Part shown: piece by piece, positions 11,659 through 23,812 of the stretch | Position numbering within the stretch: the first letter of the stretch is position 1 | Layout of the letters: the number at the start of each line of letters is the position of its first letter | From: Diplonema japonicum | Lineage: Eukaryota > Protista > Euglenozoa: Diplonemea | Assembly (NCBI GenBank): GCA_964019335.1 | Contig: OZ025651.1 | Location: forward strand, 744,001 to 808,000 | Reading direction: 5' to 3' | Length of the DNA stretch: 64,000 nucleotides | Notes under the pieces: model-generated | What the model was told of the DNA's origin: nothing | Database searches by the model: none | What the model saw: only the letters and a program-made list of their open reading frames with translations | Translations under genes and position numbers: made by a program

Positions 11659-14499
11659 ATGGCTGATGCAAAACCTGACTTGATTAAGGTCATGCTAACA
11701 GGGAAATCATGGCCCATGACTGATGTATGTCAATCCACACTCACACCCTCCCCCCCTCTCCTCTTTTCTTTTGTAAAACACCTCAAAAACACAGCCCAAA
11801 GCCGAAACAAACGTGTCAGTACGAATTAAGCGAAATGCGAACCTCCAGGCTTACACAAAGCTAATGTCAACGAAGCTAAAAAGAGTATGGAAAAAAAAAA
11901 AAGAAAAGGGGAAAAAGAAACCTTCTAGGATAACTTCGACGGCCTCACCCTCTGCAAAGCAAAAGGGACGATGACCACAGGGTACACTGCAGGGGACCCG
12001 GTCGACATGTCTGCGCCCGCCCCCGTGGCTGCGGAAAAAAAAACAGTGGTGCTTTACATACTGGAAGGTGACGCACCACCGCCTAAACCAAAACCGAAGG
12101 GCAAGGCCGGGAAGGGTCCTCCCCCAAACCCAACGGCAAAGAAAACCAACGCTCCGCCGAAACCCCCAACGAGTCCGAAGACTAAGGGTGCAACATCTCC
12201 TAAAGCCCCTGTTAGCCCGAAAAGTCCGAAATCCCCGAAATCCCCGAAATCTGCCAAGGGGAAAAAAGGTCCACCAAAGAAAAAGGCGGAAACAAGCGAA
12301 CCCGCAGCCGAGAGTAAACCCGAGGCGGTAGAAGAACCTGCAGCATCGGTTCCCCCGACCCCCGCTGCACCGGCGCATGCAGGGGCGTTGGTCGGGTTGC
12401 CCCCATCACCTCTTGTCCCGCCGCCCATTCACAAGCACCCTTACCAACCCTACGAGCTGAACCCACGGAAGGAAGAGTACAGAAGACAATTGGTCGAATT
12501 CTACATGAAACACAACCCGAGAAAGGTCTCGCAGGTGGGGAACATCCTCAAAGCATGGGAAGGCGATGAGGACCTACTCATGCTCGACCTCAAACAAAAA
12601 TACGAAGCTCCAAAAGAAGCACTTCACCTATCAATGACAACCGCAGGAGATTCCGCCTACGGCACCCGAAACGGGTCGCCAGGTAGGGTGTCACTCGACC
12701 CACGCCTGGCAGCTCTCTCTCAAGAACAAGAATTGAAATTAAAACGAGAGGAGGACAAGATGAACACGGAGGTTAAGTCGCGTCTCGACTCTGCCTTGAG
12801 AGACCTGCAGGAGCTCAGACGGCGTGAAGGGATGGAACGAGAGGAACGTGAAATGAAGGAAAGAAGAGACCGCGAGGAACGAGACATCGTAAGAAGGAGG
12901 GAAACGGAACGCAGCAATGCAGAAAGACGAGCTTTGGAAGACATGATTCGGGACAGGGAACACGTCAATCGATTAAAGGAAGAGGACAACGAGAGGAAGG
13001 AACGTGAGCTGACACGGCGGCATGATACATTACTCGCTGAACGAGAAACCTTGGCAAGACAAGACCTTGAAACCCGCTATCAACTGGAAGAAGAGGAGGC
13101 CTCCGCCAAACGGCGCACAAACATGCTCCTCGACAGCATCCTTGGTACAAACCCTTCCGCGCCAGCACCATCAGCAACAGACCCCCTTATGTCCCTTCAG
13201 TCTGAAAACCAACAGCTTATGGTCGAAGTCCAACGGCTTCAATCCGTGTTGAAAGCATCCCCGTCGCCTCAAAGAAACGCCCCGCCTTCTCCGAAGTCCT
13301 CGAAGTCCCCCAAATCAAAACCAAGCCAAACCAAACCACCGGAAACACCAAAATCACCTTCCGAGCCACGGCAAGAAACGTACTCGAAAGAAGCACAACA
13401 GGTCCGGGCTGTCTTGGAGAAAGCGGGTCTTGGGAAGTACGCGGATTTGTTCGCCGCACACGATTTCGATTTGCCGGCGTTTAGAAAGGTAACAGATGAA
13501 GATTTGCAAGGGTTGGGGATCACCGCGGTGGGGGGAAGGAAGAGGATCCTAGCGGAAGCGGAGAGAGAGCGTTTGGCGCAGAGCGTGAGGGACGGGATGG
13601 CATCGAAACCGTTGGTGCTCCCCACACCGCCTCCCCCGACGCAGGCGTCGACGGGGTTCGCTGAACAAACCGCCGCAGCGTCACGATTCGTCAACATGGA
13701 GAAAAGACTGGACGACGGGTTCGGACAACTGACTGATCTGTTACAACCTCAACAACAGCAGCAGCAACAGACGCGAAGTGTTGTTCCAGATGGAAATCTC
13801 GCATGGCATCGGGACCTTCTCGTGAAGTTCTACACGCAGAACGACCCCGTGAAGATCCCACTCATCGACCAGATTCTGGACGAATATCATACTAGGCTCC
13901 CGGAGCTGTACCAAACCCTGTCGGCCGTTTACGATGTCGAGCGCAGCCCTTACTCGGACAAGGTTAACAGCACTCTGGTGAAAACCAACCCTGGGAGAGG
14001 CGCTGCTTGTGAGATCTTGTGCCGGTTGTGTAAAGGCCGTGAAGCTGAGCTTCTCGAGCACCTGATTCTAGATGGTAAGGAGGCCGGTATGGACAGCATA
14101 GGGAACTGGAGCGAAGTAGTCGGGGATGATGGAAGGGTTTACTACTATTCGTTGGTCGCTGGTGAGGCGCAGTGGTCCTGCCCTGTTGTTCTTGCCGCAA
14201 AGGATTCGATCGTCCGGGATAAGATTTTAACGCAGGTTTCGGCGCCTCCCCCTGTGCCGACATTTAGCTCGTTGCCCCCTACCACTACTAGTGCGCCCAA
14301 CCCTTCCCCTCAGGAGTCGTTTACTTACGCACCTCAGTCGCGTACACAGACTAGGGTTGCCCATTACAAGGCGTGGCTGCTTGCGTTTTTCTTAAAACAC
14401 GATCCTGTTAAGGTTCACGATGTTGACAGCATCCTTCTTGCTTACAGGGATCAAGAGGACCTTATGGTGGAAACGTTCAGGCAGCAGTATGAGAATTGA
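11659..14499 (+). CDS. SAM- and WW-domain, Pro/Lys-rich coiled-coil protein with three FYxxHNPxK repeats
   Basis: Two upstream exons missing from the ORF track (11659-11724, 11795-11884) join in frame to 11929-14499. SAM: LEKAGLGKYADLF..DLQGLGITAVGGRKRIL. WW: WSEVVGDDGRVYYY..QWSCP. Confidence 0.75.
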
Positions 14500-15090
14500 A
14501 AGACGTGAATGGAGGGGGAAAAAAAAGGTTTTTTTTAATCAATCCCTTGCCTCTTCGCCGTACCCCCCCCCCATTTTCTTTTGTTTTGTTTTTTATTTTC
14601 CTTTACTGAGGGTAGACTCCTCTACCCGTGAAAAAAAAAAAGATGCTGAATGTAAAACGGTTTTTTTGTTGAAAAAAAGTAGGAAGTGGGGGGAAGAGGC
14701 AGGCATTTGGTCGGCTTTTAGCACTGCAGGCTGTACGAGAAAAAAGAAAAAAAAAAAAACCGACTTCTGCACAAAGAAAGAAAAACCAACAAATACCCCC
14801 CCCCCCCCCCCATTCTCCTGTCTATTCCCCCCCCTTTCCCAGTTGTTATCTTTTAGTCTTCCCCTTTTTTTGAACCCCCTCCTCCCCCGCTTTGCTCTCT
14901 TTTGAAAAAAAAACCCTCCACCCCTCCTTGTGTAAAAGTTATTGTATCCCTGTTGCTTTTGTTTCCCCCTCTTTTTTTTTTTTGTAAAATGTTTTTTTTT
15001 CTTGTTTTTCTTTTTTTTTTTTTGCTCATCACCATTAGAACATCACAGTAACGGAAACAGAAAAATAAAGGGAGGGGAGGGGGGAAGAAA

Positions 15091-15591
15091 ATGGGCCTCT
15101 TGAATCGAGAGGAGGAGCTTGATGTCCTACGGGCAGAGGTCGCGCTACAAGAAGAGAAGGTACGGGGGATGAAGGAGGCACAGAAGGTGAGGCAGAAGCT
15201 GGTGGCGTCAATGTTGAGTGCGATAAGAGAAGTGGGCGAGTCCAGAATAGGCATCGAAAAGGTCATGGCACCTGAAGACGGAGACAAAGACAAGGAGCAG
15301 GAAGAATACACGGAAGATGGCACCGACGCCTTCGACTCCTACGAGCCGAACAGCGACAGCGAGGAACAGATCAGCACCGTGACCCTCCCGCAGCACTGCA
15401 CCCACACCACCGCAACCGAGTTTCTAACCTCGCAGTTCGCTTCAAACTACGTCCTCTCCATCACCGCATACGGCAAGGCTGCGGCTGTCCTGTCATCTAT
15501 CGTTACACAACCAGGGTACACGGTGAAAAAGTTGCAGACCACACTGCACGGCGGCGAGGGCGGCCTCGTGGTGGTACTGATGGAAACATAG
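15091..15591 (+). CDS. Hypothetical protein (N-terminal coiled coil, acidic linker, small alpha/beta C-terminus)
   Basis: 166-aa complex-sequence ORF with typical start context; no motif recognised. Confidence 0.6.
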   Translation: MGLLNREEELDVLRAEVALQEEKVRGMKEAQKVRQKLVASMLSAIREVGESRIGIEKVMAPEDGDKDKEQEEYTEDGTDAFDSYEPNSDSEEQISTVTLPQHCTHTTATEFLTSQFASNYVLSITAYGKAAAVLSSIVTQPGYTVKKLQTTLHGGEGGLVVVLMET

Positions 15592-15707
15592 AATATTAAA
15601 AAAAGAAACCTTTTTTTTTTTTTTGCATCTTTTTTCCCCCCACTACTTTTTTTCAAAAAAAAAAACCCCCACCCCACCCAGACGTGACAAAAAAAATACA
15701 AAAGAAA

Positions 15708-17063
15708 ATGACGGAAGTTGAAGCGTTTGCAAAACGTGCGGATAAGGTATCGGGTGTGGTGAAGGCAGCGGTGGATCAAGCCCTGCTGCCCAGCTTTAAG
15801 GAGAGCGCCCCTTCGTGCGATCTGTACGACCTTGACGCGCTCGATGGAAGGTTGAAGGAGATGCGGGAAGCGTTCCCGGAGGACTTCGTCAAGAACGCGG
15901 TGGCCGTGAAGGCGAACCCGACGGCAGGCATCCTCTCCCGCGTGGTGAACGCGGGTATCGGTCTGGAGTGCGCCTCGGTAGGAGAAGTGATGCACTCCAT
16001 ATCAATGGGCGCAGAACACGTCATCTTCGACTCCCCATGCAAATCCAAAGCTGACCTCCAAGAGGTGCTCTTAAAGCACTCCCACACCTACGTCAACCTT
16101 GACAACGAACGTGAGTTCGACGACATTAACGAGATCGTCCAAGAGAACCCTTCCTGGGACTTCTCGCGTCGTGTGGGTCTGCGCATCAACCCTGTCGTGG
16201 GTGCTGGTGCCATCGCGTCTGTGTCCACTGCTGCAAGGGGTTCCAAATTCGGTCTCCCCCTTGTGGAAGAAACCCGGGATCGACTTGTCAACCTTTACAA
16301 GGACAACAAATGGCTGCAAGGCGTGCACATCCACGTCGGTTCGCAGGGCTGCTCCATGGACATGCTTGTCAGCGGTGCTGAGAAAATCCTTGCTTTCGTC
16401 AAACTCCTCGAAGACAATGGCTGCACCATCAAGGTTATTGACATTGGTGGCGGGCTCCCCACCTCCTACAAGGAGAACGACGAAGCCCATGCCTTTGCCA
16501 ACTACAGGAAGGCCCTTAACGATGCCGTCCCGCAGCTTTTCTCCGGAAAGTACACCATCATGACGGAGTTCGGCCGTTGTGTGTTGACAAAGCCTGGTAT
16601 CACATTGTCGCGTGTTGCTGCTGTCAAGGGTGCTCCTTACCACGCTGAGACACCTCTTGTTGTGGCGCATGTTGGGTCTAACCAGTTTGTGAGAGAGGCG
16701 TACCTTGGTGACCAGTGGAGACATCGGTTCACAGTGTTGTCTGCCTCTGGTGCGCCGCATTCTGGTCAGGGTGAGCTGCAGATGCATGATATTTGCGGTC
16801 CGTTGTGCTTCCAGGGTGACTACCTTGGCAAGAAGCACGAGCTCCCCACCGCAACAGCTTCCAATGATGTGTTGGTGATTCATGACACAGGAGGCTACAC
16901 CCTTGCCATGTACTCGAAGTACAACTCCAGACAATCCGGTCCTGTGTACGGGTACAGGAAGGCCGATGCTGGGTACTCGTTCTTCGTGCTGAAGCCGAGG
17001 GAGACCATTGAGGAGGTGAACAACTTCTGGGGGCCCAAGGAGATTCTCCCTGTTAAGAACTAG
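15708..17063 (+). CDS. Fold-type III PLP-dependent decarboxylase (Orn/DAP/Arg family, diaminopimelate decarboxylase-like)
   Basis: AVKAN (PLP lysine), ECAS.GE, FDSPCK, SKFG, HIHVGSQ, DIGGG, EFGR, GPLCFQGD, DTGGY..YN. Confidence 0.88.
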   Translation: MTEVEAFAKRADKVSGVVKAAVDQALLPSFKESAPSCDLYDLDALDGRLKEMREAFPEDFVKNAVAVKANPTAGILSRVVNAGIGLECASVGEVMHSISMGAEHVIFDSPCKSKADLQEVLLKHSHTYVNLDNEREFDDINEIVQENPSWDFSRRVGLRINPVVGAGAIASVSTAARGSKFGLPLVEETRDRLVNLYKDNKWLQGVHIHVGSQGCSMDMLVSGAEKILAFVKLLEDNGCTIKVIDIGGGLPTSYKENDEAHAFANYRKALNDAVPQLFSGKYTIMTEFGRCVLTKPGITLSRVAAVKGAPYHAETPLVVAHVGSNQFVREAYLGDQWRHRFTVLSASGAPHSGQGELQMHDICGPLCFQGDYLGKKHELPTATASNDVLVIHDTGGYTLAMYSKYNSRQSGPVYGYRKADAGYSFFVLKPRETIEEVNNFWGPKEILPVKN

Positions 17064-17234
17064 GTGGGGAAAAAAAGAAAAAAAAACACGTTCTCGCTCC
17101 CCCTCCCCCTTTTTTTTTCCATCATTGGTGTTTCATATGACAGGAAGGCGGTTGCTGTAGTGTTTGAAGAAAAAAAAAGAGAGAAAGAAAGAGGTGGCGA
17201 ACCAAGCTGCTTCCCTCGGTTTTATTTTTTGGTT

Positions 17235-17550
17235 TTTTTTTGTAAACGACGATCAGGACCTGCTCACGGAGAAGGCCGCAAGGATGCGATACATCTTGGG
17301 TCGCATCCAGAAATGCTCAGCACGCTGTGGAAGGTCAGCCTTCCCCGCCAACGCCAAATCAAGGGTGCATACCCTTCGACATCTTGGGGGCCCGACGGCA
17401 CACGGCTACGACAGGAGACCACTCTTCTCCTCGAGCCAAACCCCCCCCTACCTAGCACGACTCCAAGCAGTGTTTCTCGCCCAGATGCCGTCCATCTCAT
17501 CGCGACAAACAGCCACCGCAGGCACCAGACAGCAACCGCAGAACGGTGAC
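17235..17550 (+). repeat. Dispersed repeat, possibly a degenerate non-LTR retroelement fragment
   Basis: 17420-17495 recurs, slightly diverged, at 23666-23748. Translated pieces (KAARMRYILGRI, STSWGP..LR, STTP..DAVHL) weakly recall the post-RT region of ingi-like elements. Confidence 0.45.
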
Positions 17551-17965
17551 CGATTAGTGTGAATTTCTACCTGAACAGTGAGCACCCCCATGCACACTGA
17601 AATTTTATCGAGTTTTTTGTTGTCCCTACACTTTAAAAAAAGAAAGAAGGTTCGCAGTGGGCAATCCCCCTCCTCCCCCTTTTCCAGAATATTCCCCTCC
17701 CCACCCTTTTCCACCATATCTTTTCCTTTTTTTTTTCTTTTTTTCTTCCGTACCCCCAGCCTCCGCGATTTTTCTTCTTCTTTTTTTGCAAGTGATATCG
17801 ATGACCCCCCCACACCCCCATTCTTCTGCACGCCTTTTTCAATAGTTTTTTTTTTTGTTCTTCTTTGTTTGATTTCAAACAAAAAAACAAAAAGGAGAAG
17901 GGAGGGCGAAGGGTGAGGGAAAAGAAAAGGGGGGTCCCCCCCCTCTCCCCCCCAACCTTCCCATA

Positions 17966-20900
17966 ATGGAAGAATATAAAAAAAAAGTGGAACCCAAAAC
18001 GAAAGAGGAGTATGCCGCCATGATCCGCGAGAAGCAGGTGCGGGTCGTGAACATGCAGAAGGATCAAGCCGCCATATTCGAGTTTCAGGTCCCATTCGAG
18101 GCCTTCATGACGGAGATGGGGGTGAAGTCGAAGCCGAACCTGTACAGTGCACCATTCGAAATAGGCAACTTTGTGTGGAAGGTGTTATTTACCACCGACG
18201 AACAGTGCCTGTCTGTCTTTCTCGACAACACCCACGTGAAGGACGCAGAACCAGGATGGCAGTGCTCCTGTATTTTCCGATTCGAGCTCAAGGGAGCCGA
18301 CTATGGAGGCCACTCCGACAGTTACACATTTATGCCCAATAAACACAATGATAGAGGCTACCCGAAATTCCACCATTTGGATCGCGTCGCACGCGTTCTC
18401 ACGCCAGGCGAGTACAACGGCGAAACATATGATTTCTTCACAATTCGCGTCTCTGTTAGAGACACTCAAACACAGAAAAACCAGGAGTTAAAAGAAGCGG
18501 GGTTGATCAAACAGCAAACAGGATGCGTTGGACTTCGGAACCAAGGTGCTACATGTTACTTAAACTCGTTTCTGCAAACTCTTTTCCACCTCCCTGCGGT
18601 GAGGGCCGCAACGTACCGGTTGCCCGGTACCGTTGCAAACCGCACATCTGAGAAGAAAGCAAACATGGCGTATCAACTCGCAAAGCTGTTCTACAAAATG
18701 CAAACATACCAAGAACCCCCCCGCACGACAGAACTGACAGAATCGTTCGGGTGGACAAAGGCAGAAGCCTTCGAGCAGCATGATGTACAAGAGCTTGCTC
18801 GCATTCTTCTCGACAACCTTGAGACGAAAATGGCAGGCACACCCGATGAAAAGACAATCCGGCATCTCTTCATGGGGAAGGTCCGGAAGTTCGTGAAATG
18901 CCGCAACCTGGACTACACCTCCTCGCGTATCGACAACTTCTACGATATCCAGTTGCAAGTAAAAGGTTGCCGATACTTATCGAAAAGCATCGAGCACGAG
19001 TTGAAACAAGAGGAACTAGTTGGCGACAACAAGTACCACTGTGTCGACGAGGACCGGGGCATCGACAGCAAACAAGACGCGGACATGGGCCTGGAATTCT
19101 TAGTCCTCCCGCCAGTTCTCGTCATGCACTTAAGGCGGTTTGAGTACGATCTCAACACCTTTCAATACGACAAGATCAACGACTGTTTTGAGTTCCCGGA
19201 GCACCTCGACATGGAACCGTATCTCCGCACTGTCTCGGGAAATGTAACATCTCCTGCACCACACGCTGCTGTTGGTTCCGACTGCACCGACGACGAATGG
19301 GACAGACAGTTGGCCTCATCCGCCGATCAACATTACAAACTCCACTCCGTCCTGGTTCACTCCGGTTTCATGCACGGAGGCCATTACCATGCGTACATCG
19401 CACCCGGCGACGGGAAATCCTGGTACCGGTTCAACGATTCTGTCGTCACGAAAGTCGGGAAGGAAGCTGCTGTCAACGACAACTACGGTGGAAAACACGC
19501 GACTCGGTTCTGGTTGGAACAAAGCCACAAAGACACCTCAGCATACATGCTTGTCTATATCAAGAAGGACAGGTGGGACGAAATTGTCAACCATCTACCG
19601 TGTGAAATCCCGCCCGGGTTAAAACAAGACTTCACAGCGGAAGACGCTGCCGAGGCTAAAATCGAACAAGAAACAAAACAAGCCCATCTCTATAACTACT
19701 ACGTCCCTCTGAGAATACCTGATGTCAAAGCATTCGTCGACAGTGAAACAGGACAGCTCGGCCTGCTTCCCGACGGGAAAAAAATGAGCAAATCCGCTAT
19801 CCGAGTACCAAAAGACACTGAATGCACGGAAGACATCATCTCCGACGCTCTGGACTCCACGAAAGTGTTGAGAATGTGGCCGACGACACACAGCATTTCC
19901 TTGAAAAGCCAGCAACACGGGTATCCATTACCTGATGTGTCTCTTCATAGCATCTCGGAGGGGAGGGCCAAATCTGTTACACCCGTTTTCATTGTTCCCG
20001 AGAAACCAAAAGGCACACCCTTGGAAAACACAACGTTGGTGTTTATAAAGGAGTACCGGGCGTCGCAAGGGAGGCTGTTTTTCAAGGACGCACTTTATCT
20101 AGACCCGAACCAGTTCGTGGTGGACCAGATAGACGGGTGCGAGCCGTATCTTGAGGCGGATCGTTCGCTTGTGCAGCTTCCGCCAAATGCGTTGCCTGTG
20201 GAGGGGGCCATTTATGTAGTGGTCTGTGTGTCGTCGCCGTTGCACTCACCAAAAGGGTGTTTTGACCCCCCACCTACAGAGGAAGAAATTAATAAAGCAG
20301 AGAACAGAATTGCTATGTACGGTATAGATAGGAGCAACGTGTTCTGTGAAGGCGCCACGCTTGTGAAAAACTGCGGCAGCGAAGAAGTTCATGAAGCGGT
20401 AAGAACGCTGAACCACCCTGCTGTTAGGGTATGTGGCAATTTCTTTTTAGAAAACAAAATTTAAAAAACAATTCTCAGGACAAACCCCCGCCCCCACCCA
20501 CCGTGACTGATTACTACCGTCTTGTCAGAGTTGTTTCTGCAGCTCATTTCTACCCCTTGTCTGACACCGGGAAGAAAATAGAAGGGAAGTCTATTACACT
20601 CCGTGTCTATGGGGCGTGGACCCCTGCTGACGTTGTAAAGGTGCTTGCACCGAAAGCAAAATGGGGGCCGTCGAAAATCCGTCTTTGGTCGCTCACGCAA
20701 GACAGAGCGGACCAGCAGTTCCTCGACGGGACCCTCTCACAGCTGATGCCTAGAATGGCACAGAGCGCACACAACGAACTAGGGTTTGATTTTTTCCCTT
20801 CTTTTTTTACCCAATAAACTCCTTAGGTATGAGCTTCTCGACTATCCGCTTAGCGAACTCGAGGACAGCAACATGCAAGAGCTGCATCTTGCCTTTTTGT

Positions 20901-20967
20901 CGAACAAACTGAAGGTAGTGGCCCGGCCTAAGTTTTTGATAGAGTTGACGGCGACCGTGGAGGAGGT

Positions 20968-21004
<37 letters not shown>

Positions 21005-21650
21005 TGCTGTGTATTTTCCGTCAAAAGCTGTTTGAGAAGCTCCCGCTTGATGAGTGCCCGAAACCGGAAGAAAAGCTCATACTAGTCAAAACACGGAATT
21101 CCAGAATCGAGGGGGTCGTCAAAACCTCTGCGTGCTTTGCGATAGAGGCGAGGCAGTGCCCGGACGACTGCTTCAGGGTGGAACTGGAGGTATTTTTTTT
21201 TTTCTTTTTTTCTTTTTTTTTCAAATTTTCCTGACACAGCCTCAGCCGTTGGCTATCGACGGGGTGGTTCCTACAAATCAAATCAAGCTATGGATGTCAC
21301 TGGTGGAACTCCGGGATTCTGTTCCTTACTTTCACGGAGCACCGTTCTTCTTGTTCGTATTGGAAGAGAGCACTTGTCAAGAGGTTTCAAATACAATAAA
21401 AAAAAAAATAATAAATAAAAAAAAGGTGATTATAGCGGCACGGAATTTCCTGTGTTTACGGGCTGAGCTTCGCAATGCAAAGCTGTACTCCACTTCGGGT
21501 GGTCGGGTGGGGCCGAGGCTGGACCCCGATGTTAAGATACAAAGCGTCGTTGCAGACCTGAAGCATGAGGGGCGGCCCCCTTCATTGGCGCTGGAGACGA
21601 AGAAGAGAGTTCAATATTACACTGAAAAAGCTATCAAAATTCACAATTGA
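17966..21650 (+). CDS. USP7: USP7/Ubp15-like ubiquitin-specific protease (MATH + USP + C-terminal region)
   Basis: MATH domain, Cys box GLRNQGATCYLNS, QHDVQEL, His box LVHSG..GGHY, WYRFND. Introns at 20429-20478, 20784-20826, 20966-21003, 21190-21239 and 21384-21425. Confidence 0.88.
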
Positions 21651-23381
21651 AATGTGGGGAGGAAGGGGGAGGGGATATTGTATAATAAAACTGGGAGGGT
21701 ATGTTTTTTTTTTCTTTTTTCTTTTTTTTTTCTTTTATTTCTCTCCGAGACAATCTTTTTTTATTTGGGCAAAAGACAAGGCTGCACTGTATGTGTGTGT
21801 TGTGACCTCTTCCACTTTTACCAGGGTGGAGGTGCTGCGCGACCCTGCACGACTAGGAGACTGAGCCGAAATTTTTTTTTTCCCCTTAACCTCTTTGAGC
21901 TCCCGATATAATTCGGCCCGGTTCTTCTTTTTTTATTAACAACTTTCAGGTTGCAGCCAGGTTTTCTTTTTTTTTCTTTTTTTTCTTTTTCTTCTCTTGT
22001 ACCATATAAAAAAAAAAAAAAGGAAAACCATCAAAAAAAAAAATGCCACCCTCCACCCCCCTTTTTTTCTTTCATACCAAACAATCATTATGTCTAACTT
22101 AAGGGTGTAGTAAAGAGACCCCGTTTTCTTTTTAAAAAAAAAAGGAGAGAAGAAAAAAAAAAAGAACACAAGCAGGGGGCAAAAATTATATCCTACTTTG
22201 TAAAACATCTCTGTCGTTCTCAAAAAGAGGAAAATAAAATTTAAAATAAGATATTGCCTATTCTTCCACACTACACTGTATAGGCTTTTCCCCTTTTTTT
22301 GGGGGGGGGGAGAAAGATAGCCGGGGACTTTTTACCCGTCAAGTGTGAAGAGACTCAGTGTCCCTTTTTCCCCAGAGAACGGGAAAAAAAAAGAGAAAAA
22401 AAAACAAGAAAAAGGAAAATTAACACCCCCCCCCCCCGAAGTATATATGTTTATTCTTTTGTTTGGTTGTTACCATAACACATTTTTCTTTTCCACCCCC
22501 CGGTTTTTATTTATTTATTTTTATCCCTCCTTCTCCATTCTCCACTTTATTTTCTTTTTTTTTATTTGTATTAATCATAGTATCCAGGGTTAACCGATCA
22601 CCCGCGGGTTTTTAATTACAATCGGGTTTTAAATTGACGTCAAATGAAAGGCGAGCATGCAACCATGCTTAAAACCCTTATATTCGTATCCCGGTCCCCC
22701 CAGATACACAAAGCCGACCCCAGGGAGCATCAAAACGACTTAGAAAAGGATTATTTTCCCGAAAATCGGGATTTTCCCTGTTTTTGGCGGGTTTTTAACT
22801 AGGCGCGAAAGTCAATTATGAAAAACATTGAAACTTGAACGGGAAGTGTAGCAATGCACAAAGTAAGGGGGCGCCTAATGGGACTCCATGGGACGCACGG
22901 AAGCGCGCCCGTTGAGGCAGGATGTTCACCCACAGAGAACTGAATGCACGCACACAGCGATGAACGCCCAATTTCTTACCTCCCTGCTTGCAACCCGGCG
23001 TGCTGAGAACGTGGTGCCTGTCAGACGAAGACAGAGCACCGCTGATGTCCTGGTTCAGGTACAAGAACAACAGCTGCCTTCGTGCGTCTGGTGTGAGGCG
23101 GACGCGACGCATCTCTCCGAACTTGGCGTCGATCGAGGAGAACACCGCGTCCACGGCTGTTACCACAGGCTGCGTACAGCAGCGACAAGGCCCTGTCATG
23201 GAAAACAGGGAGAGCAGCTTTCTGAGCCAGCCCACGCTTCGATATCGAATGAGGTCGTCTCAAGGCTGTATTTGGGCTATGGCCGAGTAGGACAGCCATT
23301 CCCCCTCAGACACGTCTTGCAGAGGTAGGCTGTCGCGTACCGTTGCGAAGCCGCGTGAAGCTGCTGCGTCGGAAAAACATC

Positions 23382-23748
23382 GGGTGACAGCGTGCCTCTG
23401 CATGTTCGGTCGAAACATTGTGGAGGACATCGTCGGGACCCTCCGCTCACCCGATCTTGAGAAGCGGGAGCAAACCCACCGTGACGCAGTGTAGGTACCT
23501 ACTTCATGTCCAGATGTAGCTCTCTCGTTAAAATTGACTTGGAACCGCTTCGCAAGGTTACTACGGTGGGTCACGACTTTTTGGATATGTTATTCTTGTC
23601 GGAGTGCTACTCCCTTCGGAGCATCGACAGTGGAAAGAGAGTTCTCGAGTCGTTCAAGAGGTTAACACTCTTCTCCTCGAGCCAAACAGCCCCCAGCCCC
23701 CTACCTAGCACGACTCCATGTAATGTTTCTCGCCCAGATGCCGTCCAT
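23382..23748 (+). pseudogene. Mosaic fragment A of the kinase-B-box-LRR family
   Basis: 23382-23492 matches 24405-24515 (1 mismatch) and is fused to 23494-23628, a diverged match to LRR 26003-26122. Followed by the repeat shared with 17420-17495. Confidence 0.85.
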
Positions 23749-23812
23749 TCTGTAACAAGACCCCAAGAAAAAAAGCGAGGGGAGGGGTAATAAAAAAGGG
23801 GGGGAAAAGAAA

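Noticed and set aside
11663-11724. Box C/D snoRNA (TGATG..CTGA)
   Set aside because: Better explained as coding exon 1 of the SAM/WW gene; the box C is imperfect.
20222-20255. Possible extra USP7 intron GTCTGT..AAAAG
   Set aside because: Its 34-nt length shifts the frame into a stop, while the unspliced frame stays open.
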